Shown: in pieces, positions 27,229 to 34,476 of the stretch | How the letters are laid out: the number at the start of each line of letters is the position of its first letter | How positions within the stretch are numbered: position 1 is the stretch's first letter | From: a virus | Lineage: Duplodnaviria > Caudoviricetes | IMG/VR virus record: IMGVR_UViG_3300017909_000327 | Span: 1 to 47,159 of that record | Reading direction: 5' to 3' (one strand) | DNA: 47,159 nt | Notes under the pieces: generated by a model | The model's database searches: none | Seen by the model: the letters and a program-made list of their open reading frames with translations, nothing else | What the model was told of the DNA's origin: nothing | Made by a program: the position numbers and the translations under genes

Positions 27229-27906
27229 TTAATTTTCCTCACTATATAGATTGTTAAACACTCGTTGCGTATCCCATACATAGTCTACGTCTTCTTTTGA
27301 GTTATACATATGTTGGTTTGGTTTAAAATCTGGCGCACCTTCTCCAGTTTCAAACCAAGCTGGGTGAGTTACTCTCACTCTATTATTGGGTAACGCAACC
27401 ATGTTACCTGTATATTTACCTGCATCTAACAACTCTAATACATGAGACTGTTTGTGTTGTGCAGGATCGTCTGCTACTTCGTTATCTGTGTAGTCTACTG
27501 TAAAGTAATACTTTGCAGGGTAGAACTCACCATCTACTTTAGCTATCCAAGGCGCTGGGCTTGCTCGTTCCAACTTGTATACTGAATGCGTGTGAGACAT
27601 ACAATCCCAAGGTTGTGCCATATATGGTGGTAACTCTTCAGGCCATTCCTCTAAGGGGGTATCAGCTACAAGTGCAGTTAGAGGCATCCTCGCCCACATC
27701 GCACCACCATGTACATTTTCTGAGTCATCAAAGTCTGACTCGCATCCAGTAAATATAACTTGAAAGCTTAACGTTCTGTTTGGCATGGTGGTTACACCTA
27801 TGACCATGCAATGTAAAAACTCTCCGTGATAATCTTCTAAGTTCTTCGTGTATTCTCTACGTACCCATGCTTTGAAGTACGGTATGTTACTTTGTAGATA
27901 CGGCAT
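27229..27906 (-). CDS. Conserved hypothetical phage protein (start MPYLQSN)
   Basis: GGAMWARMP, QPWDC, QHKQSHV and PNNR motifs; likely globular. Confidence 0.7.
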   Translation of the reverse strand: MPYLQSNIPYFKAWVRREYTKNLEDYHGEFLHCMVIGVTTMPNRTLSFQVIFTGCESDFDDSENVHGGAMWARMPLTALVADTPLEEWPEELPPYMAQPWDCMSHTHSVYKLERASPAPWIAKVDGEFYPAKYYFTVDYTDNEVADDPAQHKQSHVLELLDAGKYTGNMVALPNNRVRVTHPAWFETGEGAPDFKPNQHMYNSKEDVDYVWDTQRVFNNLYSEEN

Positions 27907-28198
27907 CTTTCTTGTGTTTCCTTCGCAATTCTGCTTTAGCTTGTCTGAAGACATTTGCTATCGCTGTTTTGCCCATGACTTTAGCACGTTGTTCTGCTAC
28001 GGTCAATATTTGGATCTTTCTTGCGTAAGGCTTATTTATTCTTTTTACTTTAGCTACGGTAGCTCTTGCGTCTTCCATAGTAGCAAACTTAATCGATACT
28101 GTATCTTTTGGATTCTCATCCGTGTACAATCTACGTCCAGATCCTTTGGGTTTCTTACCTGTCCCTACTTTAGGATCTTTCTTCTTTTTCTTAGTCAT
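27887..28198 (-). CDS. Basic hypothetical protein
   Basis: DPKVGTGKKPKGSGRRLYTDENPKDTV. Confidence 0.7.
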   Translation of the reverse strand: MTKKKKKDPKVGTGKKPKGSGRRLYTDENPKDTVSIKFATMEDARATVAKVKRINKPYARKIQILTVAEQRAKVMGKTAIANVFRQAKAELRRKHKKDAVSTK

Positions 28199-28533
28199 TT
28201 CTTGCCTTTAGGCTTAACACCACGCTTCTTCATACTAAGCGCAATGGCTGCTTGTCGTCTAGAATTTTTAGCGACACCGCCTTGGTTCGCTCTAAATCGT
28301 CTAGTTTTATCTGCGACTTTCTTAGGTTGAGATACATGCTGCTTACCTGCCGCCTTGCCTTTTCGTTTAGCTCTGGTTGTAGCTGCATACTCGCTACTGC
28401 TAAGAGACTTAATAGCCGCACTAGGGAGGTAACGTTCACCAGTAGCTTTAGGACCTTGCGTAGAAGGTTTACCACTCTTGGTTCTCCATTTCTGGTCACC
28501 CCACTTCTTTAATGACTTTTGTGGTGCTCTCAA
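28195..28533 (-). CDS. DUF5872-like basic protein
   Basis: SLKKW..QKWRT..GERYLP..KGKQ pattern (family assignment from recall). Confidence 0.6.
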   Translation of the reverse strand: MRAPQKSLKKWGDQKWRTKSGKPSTQGPKATGERYLPSAAIKSLSSSEYAATTRAKRKGKAAGKQHVSQPKKVADKTRRFRANQGGVAKNSRRQAAIALSMKKRGVKPKGKK

Positions 28534-28534
28534 C

Positions 28535-28651
28535 TTATCTACCTTCGCAAGTTATAGCGCCACAATCACAGGTACTGCAGTTGCACTTTCTTGCTCTTGC
28601 TGCACACCACATACGTCTTACGTATTTGATTATGTTGTTTGCTTTGCTCAC
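28535..28651 (-). CDS. 38-aa Cys-rich peptide
   Basis: MSKANNIIKYVRRMWCAARARKCNCSTCDCGAITCEGR; GGAGG RBS; GTGA overlap; fills the gap between neighbours. Confidence 0.65.
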   Translation of the reverse strand: MSKANNIIKYVRRMWCAARARKCNCSTCDCGAITCEGR

Positions 28652-28830
28652 GTCTTGTATCCTCCACCTTTTGCTTTATACTGCTTGGCAAGCATCTGCG
28701 CTTTACGTGCTGACCATTGTCCAGGCGCTCCACCTTTACCACCTGCTTTGATCTGGTTAAATAAGTTTTTACGCATTGTCGGTTTGGTGTAGTTACCAGC
28801 AGCATTAACTGTACTCTTCTTTTTTACCAT
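28648..28830 (-). CDS. Small basic protein GGAPGQWSARKAQ
   Basis: YTKP..GGKGGAPGQWSARKAQMLAKQYKAKGGGY. Confidence 0.7.
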   Translation of the reverse strand: MVKKKSTVNAAGNYTKPTMRKNLFNQIKAGGKGGAPGQWSARKAQMLAKQYKAKGGGYKT

Positions 28831-29108
28831 GCTTTACAACTCCAATATCTTGCTGTGAATTTATCTGTTGCTGTATCACAATTGTGTCTAGCCCGAAAGC
28901 TTTTACGTCTTTCAGGGTTATCTTTCTTGATACTCATATTAGGATCACCGAAACGAACTACCTTTACTTCGTCACCCTTTTTAGCTAACACGGCTGACTT
29001 CTTGGCAGCACCTGGTGTTCGCTTTGGTTTGTTGTACCCTGGGAATATCTCACCACGATACTTTAACTTACCACTGGGTAGTCTTTCTACATCTTTAGTT
29101 GTTGCCAT
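28824..29108 (-). CDS. DUF6321-like basic protein (start MATTKD)
   Basis: VRFGD..RRKSFRARHNC..ARYWSCKAW (family assignment from recall). Confidence 0.65.
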   Translation of the reverse strand: MATTKDVERLPSGKLKYRGEIFPGYNKPKRTPGAAKKSAVLAKKGDEVKVVRFGDPNMSIKKDNPERRKSFRARHNCDTATDKFTARYWSCKAW

Positions 29109-29427
29109 TTGTCTTTGCTTTTTTAAGAGCGGCTCTAGCATTTTTAAGTTTTTTAGCTTCTATCTTATCCATAAGCTCCCACCCATCAAATAATTTAGAT
29201 ACTGCAGCCATTTCCATTGCACCTAACGATTCTAAAATGGCAAGGTTTTTATATGTAGGATTCTTCCTAAATCTATTAAAGGCACTCTCTAGTTGTTTTT
29301 GAATGTTTTTTTTACTACCAAACTGCTGTGAACCAGTAGAAGTTTTATATGTTTTTTTTGGTTTTGTTTGAGCAGCTTTCTTGTTTGCCGCTGCTGTTTT
29401 ACTAGTTGTCTTTTTTAATTTTGTCAT
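29095..29427 (-). CDS. Lys-rich hypothetical protein
   Basis: 110-aa ORF, AT-rich, coupled to its neighbour. Confidence 0.55.
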   Translation of the reverse strand: MTKLKKTTSKTAAANKKAAQTKPKKTYKTSTGSQQFGSKKNIQKQLESAFNRFRKNPTYKNLAILESLGAMEMAAVSKLFDGWELMDKIEAKKLKNARAALKKAKTNGNN

Positions 29428-29432
29428 CTTTA

Positions 29433-29798
29433 TTAATTCCTTGGGTCTAGCATATCCATGTGGTCACGGTTCATAAACTTCAAACTGTTCTCCATTAAAG
29501 CCATGCGTTGTTGCAAGGCAGTAATAGCGCCTATCGTTTTGGTTAGGCTTTCTGTTTCTTCCCATAGCTCTTCTATCTCAGCGAATGCACCATCGATGTA
29601 ATCCATGTTCTCTTGCACGTCACGCTTGAGATTAACGTTATCCTCTACAGCCATCTTACTAGCAAACTGCGATACTGATTCTTCTAGACTAGCTATTGTG
29701 GAAGCTTGTTGTGATACCCACCACACACCACCTGCTAGTTGTGCTCCCATAGCGACTACAAGTGCTATAGGTAATTTCATATTACTATCCATATTCAC
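29433..29798 (-). CDS. N-terminally membrane-anchored coiled-coil protein
   Basis: TM LPIALVVAMGAQLAGGVWWV followed by a heptad pattern. Confidence 0.65.
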   Translation of the reverse strand: MNMDSNMKLPIALVVAMGAQLAGGVWWVSQQASTIASLEESVSQFASKMAVEDNVNLKRDVQENMDYIDGAFAEIEELWEETESLTKTIGAITALQQRMALMENSLKFMNRDHMDMLDPRN

Positions 29799-30042
29799 GT
29801 TCCCTGTCTGGATCTAGTACTTCATCTTTAGTTAACATACCTTCAAGATACATGGCACGTTCTACATGGTCCAGTGTGTACCACTCACCAGTACGATTAT
29901 ATATTGCTTCTCTAACGTAAAACACATCCGACTTTGGAATGTGGACTTTACGTATTGCACGAGCGTCATTGTTAGCTAATGCATTGTAAAAGTCTGTTAA
30001 CACATCTTCGGATGCATATAGTTTTACTTTGGATTTATCCAT
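29785..30042 (-). CDS. Hypothetical protein, first gene of the leftward arm (start uncertain)
   Basis: HIPKSDVFYVR..LDHVERAMYLEG. Confidence 0.6.
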   Translation of the reverse strand: MDKSKVKLYASEDVLTDFYNALANNDARAIRKVHIPKSDVFYVREAIYNRTGEWYTLDHVERAMYLEGMLTKDEVLDPDREREYG

Positions 30043-30048
30043 TGTCAA
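30019..30048 (-). promoter_or_regulatory. Promoter TTGACA-N16-TAAAACTA
   Basis: Conserved architecture; overlaps the ORF start. Confidence 0.55.
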
Positions 30049-30074
30049 GAAAAAGTTTAAATAATTTATACAAA

Positions 30075-30170
30075 TACGTGTGTAGACTACGTAGGCATAA
30101 GTACAAACTACATATAGAGGGAGGAGGAGACACTGTGGTTCTAACTTACACAGAGTAATCTACACACGTA
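30075..30170 (-). ncRNA. Candidate sRNA: long hairpin with CCUCCUCCC anti-SD loop
   Basis: 16-bp basal stem, 8-bp middle stem, several G-U pairs valid only on the minus strand, upstream promoter. Confidence 0.65.
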
Positions 30171-30215
30171 GTTACAACAAGTTTTATAATTATTATATTG
30201 TTTGTAACTATAGTA

Positions 30216-30245
30216 AGTATAACATTAGTGTTTTAACACTGTCAA
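30216..30245 (-). promoter_or_regulatory. Sigma70-like promoter TTGACA-N18-TATACT driving the hairpin RNA
   Basis: Near-consensus hexamers. Confidence 0.6.
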
Positions 30246-30247
30246 CA

Positions 30248-30412
30248 ATATAAATAATATATTATTATCCTATGTATTACATTTAATGTATAAATATTAT
30301 TATTAATATTATTATATATATTTACAATAAGTATTATTACTATATGTAATACATCTAATGTTAAAGTATTTTATGTATAAATATATTATTATGTAATAAC
30401 ATTAATGTTATA
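30248..30412. repeat. Extremely AT-rich tract with three ~21-bp imperfect repeats (candidate origin)
   Basis: TATGTATTACATTTAATGTA (30271), TATGTAATACATCTAATGTTA (30343), TATGTAATAACATTAATGTTA (30390). Confidence 0.55.
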
Positions 30413-30431
30413 CATACCCCCCTTACCCCCA

Positions 30432-30461
30432 TAGTTATATAAAGTGTCAACTGTTTGTCAA
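30432..30461 (-). promoter_or_regulatory. Promoter TTGACA-N16-TATAACTA
   Basis: Conserved architecture. Confidence 0.75.
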
Positions 30462-30777
30462 GGAATCCTCAGTATTAATTTAAGTAACCTTACGTAACTG
30501 TAGTAACTTTTTATGTAATAGTGACATATGTGCAACACATTAGGATTGACAGGTGCAAAAAACCTCGTGTGTGTATTTGTACATATACGTATAACGTATA
30601 CCCCCCTACCGGCGCTTGCCCCCCACCCCTTCGTTCCTTATAAGTCTTTGATTTTATTAGCTTTTCTTTATTGGTTCTTACCAGTACTAATTATTTCATT
30701 CAGTTTTACCTAGTATTTTACTATGTAAGCTATTGATATTGTTATGTTTTGCTACTGATATAGCTTCACTGGTTATA

Positions 30778-30866
30778 TTGTGATCACAAAAAAGCATACC
30801 CTCATAAACGTGATCACAAAATACAACCCTAGACGTGCATGTCTATTCTTAATTTGTGATCACAAA
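30778..30866. promoter_or_regulatory. Three copies of palindrome (TT)GTGATCACAA
   Basis: 30778, 30810 and 30853 (perfect 14-bp TTTGTGATCACAAA). Confidence 0.7.
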
Positions 30867-30881
30867 ATAGCTATCCATATT

Positions 30882-30939
30882 CTGCATTGCAGCAAAACGA
30901 ATCAGTGCAGTGCAGCATTCATTATGCATTTGCAGCATT
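30882..30939. promoter_or_regulatory. Three TGCA-N2/3-GCAGCA boxes (PhaR-box-like)
   Basis: CTGCATTGCAGCAA, TGCAGTGCAGCATT, TGCATTTGCAGCATT. Confidence 0.55.
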
Positions 30940-31025
30940 ACCTGGAGGTGTTGCATTTATGTCACGCTCGATATGCCTTATTTTTATGGCAAATATGCTT
31001 AAATGAATTTTTTTCTTTTACCCTA

Positions 31026-31055
31026 TTTACATTCCAGATGTTCGGGTTGTATGCT
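31026..31055 (+). promoter_or_regulatory. Early promoter TTTACA-N18-TATGCT
   Basis: Directly upstream of the first rightward gene and its RBS. Confidence 0.5.
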
Positions 31056-31086
31056 CATTGCATCAACTCAATAGGAGAAAAGCAAA

Positions 31087-31269
31087 ATGTATTTTATTCA
31101 CAGAAAAAACACTAATCCGTTATCAACAGCAGTAGCTTGCCATCAAAAATTAGAAAAGGCAAAAATTGATGCGTTATACAAAGCTAGTGAATATGATAGT
31201 GATATGGTGGTAACTGATCGTTTTGGGTGTAAAAGATACGAAGTAAATTTAGCAGATTATGCAGATTAG
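31087..31269 (+). CDS. Early hypothetical protein
   Basis: AGGAG RBS; first gene of the rightward arm. Confidence 0.6.
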   Translation: MYFIHRKNTNPLSTAVACHQKLEKAKIDALYKASEYDSDMVVTDRFGCKRYEVNLADYAD

Positions 31270-31281
31270 GAGAATTTCAAA

Positions 31282-31449
31282 ATGAAATATATTATTACTA
31301 AAGATCAAAATAATTTTTATCATATAATTTGTGAGTCGCTAATTAATGGCAATCGTCACAGGACACGCCACGAGAAAACAATTAGTTTTTTTCACACGTA
31401 CGAAGATGCAGTTAATGAGGTACAACGATTAATTAAAAATGAAAGATAG
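31282..31449 (+). CDS. Early hypothetical protein, 55 aa
   Basis: Hand translation MKYIITKDQNNFYHII...; AGGAG RBS. Confidence 0.55.
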   Translation: MKYIITKDQNNFYHIICESLINGNRHRTRHEKTISFFHTYEDAVNEVQRLIKNER

Positions 31450-31454
31450 GAAGT

Positions 31455-31503
31455 GATTGCTTTATTGGTGGCATTCTTCGGAGTGTCACTAAATAAACTA
31501 ATC
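31455..31503 (+). other. Long cUUCGg hairpin (possible RNase III processing site)
   Basis: TTTATTGGTGGCATTC-TTCG-GAGTGTCACTAAATAAA with G-U pairs. Confidence 0.55.
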
Positions 31504-31524
31504 AACTCAATAGGAGGAAACACA

Positions 31525-32259
31525 ATGAGTAACTACAAATTATTAGGCGTAGGCACAAACGCCAAAACTGTTAAAGGTGATGGAAGTGAATACTTAACTG
31601 CTATCCTATATATGACGCCCTACAAAATTATGGTTGATGGAAAACTATTCAATAGCTGTAGCATGGCGGCAATAGCTAGTTGTGTTGAAGCTTGTCTATA
31701 TACCGCAGGGCGTGGTCAAATGAATAACGTACAGACTGCACGTCAACGTAAAGCAGAATGGTTTTACCGTGATAGGGCAAGCTTTATGGAACAAATGGTT
31801 AGTGATTGCGAAAAGTTTGAAGCGTATTGTTTAAAGCGTGGAATACAAGCTTGTGTACGTCCAAATGGAACAACTGATATTCGTTGGGAATTATTGTCTT
31901 GTGTACGTAATGGAATAAAGTATGCCAATTTAATGGAAGCATTCCCGAATATACAATTCTATGACTATACCAAAATATCAAACAGAAAAACGAAAAACAT
32001 ATTCAACTATCACTTAACGTGGTCATATTCTGGAGCGAATGCAGATTATGCGGCAAAGCTTAATGATGCACTCGCTAATGGTATGAATGCCGCAGTAGTA
32101 TTCCGCAAAGAATACAAACTCCCCCAATGGCGTGGCATAAATGTCACGGATGGAGATAAAGACGACTTGCGCTTTCTTGATCCTTGCAATTCAATCGTAG
32201 CTCTTTACGCTAAGGGCGCGGCAAGGCATGATAAAACTGGATTTGTAGTAGACATATAG
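31525..32259 (+). CDS. Gp88-like (radical-SAM-related) protein, start MSNYKL
   Basis: Cx7Cx3CLxxxGRG, RPNGTTDI, QFYDYTK, YHLTWSYS, DGDKDDLRFLD; AGGAGG RBS. Confidence 0.7.
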   Translation: MSNYKLLGVGTNAKTVKGDGSEYLTAILYMTPYKIMVDGKLFNSCSMAAIASCVEACLYTAGRGQMNNVQTARQRKAEWFYRDRASFMEQMVSDCEKFEAYCLKRGIQACVRPNGTTDIRWELLSCVRNGIKYANLMEAFPNIQFYDYTKISNRKTKNIFNYHLTWSYSGANADYAAKLNDALANGMNAAVVFRKEYKLPQWRGINVTDGDKDDLRFLDPCNSIVALYAKGAARHDKTGFVVDI

Positions 32260-32271
32260 GAGGAATTACAA

Positions 32272-32487
32272 ATGAAAATAAGAGTACTAGCAGAAGAAAC
32301 AGTTTATAAGGAATACTTTGTAGATGTGCCAGCAGAGATTACTAGAGGTGGATGGAATAGTTCTATTCATCAATGGATAGACGAGAATTTTAGTGAATTT
32401 AATTTTCAAGCTTATGATAGTGATCAAAGATGGATTGGATTTGAAAAAGTAAAAGACAATGAATTAGGAGATAACAACAATGAGTAA
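32272..32487 (+). CDS. Early hypothetical protein (paralogue of 34473..34691)
   Basis: MKIRVLAEETVYKE.FVDVP shared. Confidence 0.7.
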   Translation: MKIRVLAEETVYKEYFVDVPAEITRGGWNSSIHQWIDENFSEFNFQAYDSDQRWIGFEKVKDNELGDNNNE

Positions 32488-32863
32488 CTTTACTAAACCA
32501 CAATTGAAAGCAATACGTACAGCAATGCAAGAGGCACTAGAGCAAGTCAACCTAGAGGGTGTAAACTTTACAGTAGCTAACTGCACATACAACGGAGGTG
32601 AAGCCACCTACAAAGTAAATGTTTTACTGGATGGTGCAGAGACTAAAGAACAAAAAGATCTTACTCAAATGGCTAAACTCTTTAAGTTAGATACATCCAA
32701 GATAAAAGACTATCAAGGAATGTCTATGTCTTTGATAGGCTACAAGAGTAAAGCACCTAAAATGCCTTGGATTGTACAAGATGTTAAGACAGGCAAAGAG
32801 TACAAGCTTACTGACACACAAGCAGAGCAATGGTTTAAGAAAGCAGAGGAGGTGACACAGTGA
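32480..32863 (+). CDS. Early hypothetical protein
   Basis: AGGAG RBS; LIGYKSKAPKMP motif. Confidence 0.7.
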   Translation: MSNFTKPQLKAIRTAMQEALEQVNLEGVNFTVANCTYNGGEATYKVNVLLDGAETKEQKDLTQMAKLFKLDTSKIKDYQGMSMSLIGYKSKAPKMPWIVQDVKTGKEYKLTDTQAEQWFKKAEEVTQ

Positions 32864-33075
32864 AAGAGTACCATTTCACACCAGAATTAGCTGTTCAAAT
32901 TTGTGAGCAGCTAGTCATGGCAGACTACGAGGAAGAAACGGCAGCGTGGCAGTATTTGATTGACACTGGTTTAGCGTGGCAATTACAAGGCTACTTTGGG
33001 CGTACAGCAAAACGTCTCATTGACGAGGGGTATTGTACCTATACGGATAGAGCAGACGAGAGGAGAAACAACTAA
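32860..33075 (+). CDS. Early hypothetical protein
   Basis: WQYLIDTGLAWQLQGYFGRTA motif common in phages; GGAGG RBS. Confidence 0.7.
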   Translation: MKEYHFTPELAVQICEQLVMADYEEETAAWQYLIDTGLAWQLQGYFGRTAKRLIDEGYCTYTDRADERRNN

Positions 33076-33263
33076 TGTTTTACGATGTAGTAACAAAGTT
33101 TAAAGATGAACCATCACGAGTAACATGGACGTTTGGCAGTGACACAAATGCCACACTAGAGGATTTATTAAGTATAATTGATAATAAAGATTGTGAGTAT
33201 GTTAAGATAGAATTATCTACATATTGGAGGAACAAAAGAGATGAACGTATTAAGTCTATTTGA
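33075..33263 (+). CDS. Early hypothetical protein
   Basis: TAATG overlap, GAGGAG RBS. Confidence 0.6.
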   Translation: MFYDVVTKFKDEPSRVTWTFGSDTNATLEDLLSIIDNKDCEYVKIELSTYWRNKRDERIKSI

Positions 33264-34476
33264 TGGTATGTCATGCGGACAGATAGCATTAGATCAGCTA
33301 GGCATACCAGTTAACAAATATTTTGCAGCGGAGATTGACAAGTATGCAATCCAAGTTGCTAAGAGAAACTACCCTGACATGATCCATTTAGGTGATGTCA
33401 AAGAGATAGATCCAAATGAGTTACCGAAAATCGATTTACTCATTGGCGGTTCACCTTGTCAGGGATTTTCGTTTGGCGGTAAGGGTCTTAATTTTTCTGA
33501 CCCTCGTAGCAAATTATTCTTTGAGTTTGACAGATTGCTTAAGGCACTCAAGCCAAAGTATTTCTTACTAGAGAATGTCAAGATGAAGAAAGAGAGTGAG
33601 CAAGTTATTACTGACTATCTAGGTGTAGAGCCTATTGAGATAAACAGCAATCTTGTCTCAGCGCAGAACCGCAAGAGGCTTTACTGGACAAACATTCCGT
33701 TTGATGGATTGCCAGAGGACAAAGGCATCATGCTCAAAGATATACTAGAGGAAGAGACAGCAGAGTTCTATCGTGCAGGTAAATACTTGCAAGAGAAACG
33801 CAGAGCAAGCGACAAGAACCCTGACATGCTCAACCCTGACTATCGTAGTCAAGCTAATACGATACACGATGTTGATGGTAAGTCAGGCACAGTGTGTGCA
33901 GGTACGCATGGCTACGCTATTGGTTATGTACCTGAGCCAAAAGGTGCAAGGATAGTTAATCGTAGGCTAGACGAGCGTGGTAAACGTCAAGACTATAACA
34001 AAGACATACCGCTACAGAAACGTCTAGAGTTACGCAAAGATGATAAGTCTAATTGCTTAACTACTGTACAGAAAGACAGTGTGTTAGCGCAGAGTAAAGA
34101 TGGGTTAATACATATAGGCGATGCAAAGTTAAATGATAAGTATGCAATGATCAACAGAGTGTACGCTGCCGAAGGTAAATCACCCTCTTTAAGAGCTACA
34201 ACAGGTGGACACAATCAACCTAAAGTAGAGATACGTGACAAGTCTAAGTGTGTCAGGACAGGAGGGCGTTTGTCCTACGACAGACACGAATGGGATAGCA
34301 TAGACAATATGCATTGGCGTAAGCTTACTGTGACTGAATGTGAGAGACTACAAACTGTACCTGATGGGTATACCTGTGGCGTAAGTAACACACAACGCTA
34401 CAAAATGCTAGGCAACGGATGGACAGTAGATGTTATCAAACATATCTTTGAAGGACTAAAGGAGGAAACACTATGA
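33241..34476 (+). CDS. DNA (cytosine-5) methyltransferase
   Basis: Motifs I LSLFDG, IV GGSPCQ, VI ENV, VIII QNRKR, X GNGW. Confidence 0.92.
   Translation: MNVLSLFDGMSCGQIALDQLGIPVNKYFAAEIDKYAIQVAKRNYPDMIHLGDVKEIDPNELPKIDLLIGGSPCQGFSFGGKGLNFSDPRSKLFFEFDRLLKALKPKYFLLENVKMKKESEQVITDYLGVEPIEINSNLVSAQNRKRLYWTNIPFDGLPEDKGIMLKDILEEETAEFYRAGKYLQEKRRASDKNPDMLNPDYRSQANTIHDVDGKSGTVCAGTHGYAIGYVPEPKGARIVNRRLDERGKRQDYNKDIPLQKRLELRKDDKSNCLTTVQKDSVLAQSKDGLIHIGDAKLNDKYAMINRVYAAEGKSPSLRATTGGHNQPKVEIRDKSKCVRTGGRLSYDRHEWDSIDNMHWRKLTVTECERLQTVPDGYTCGVSNTQRYKMLGNGWTVDVIKHIFEGLKEETL

Noticed and set aside
767-29817. Many plus-strand ORFs in the structural arm (and minus-strand ORFs in the replication arm)
   Set aside because: Antisense shadows of well-supported genes; no RBS or recognisable motifs
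30117-30158. Plus-strand GGAGGAGG as the RBS of a 7-codon GTG ORF
   Set aside because: ORF is trivial and opposite to local promoters; G-U pairs favour the minus-strand hairpin reading
30180-30520. CtrA boxes (TTAA-N7-TTAA)
   Set aside because: The TTAA sites checked by eye had no partner at 7-nt spacing
30528-31115. ORFs 30528..30713 and 30780..31115
   Set aside because: No RBS, atypical composition, and they run across operator-like repeats; likely non-coding
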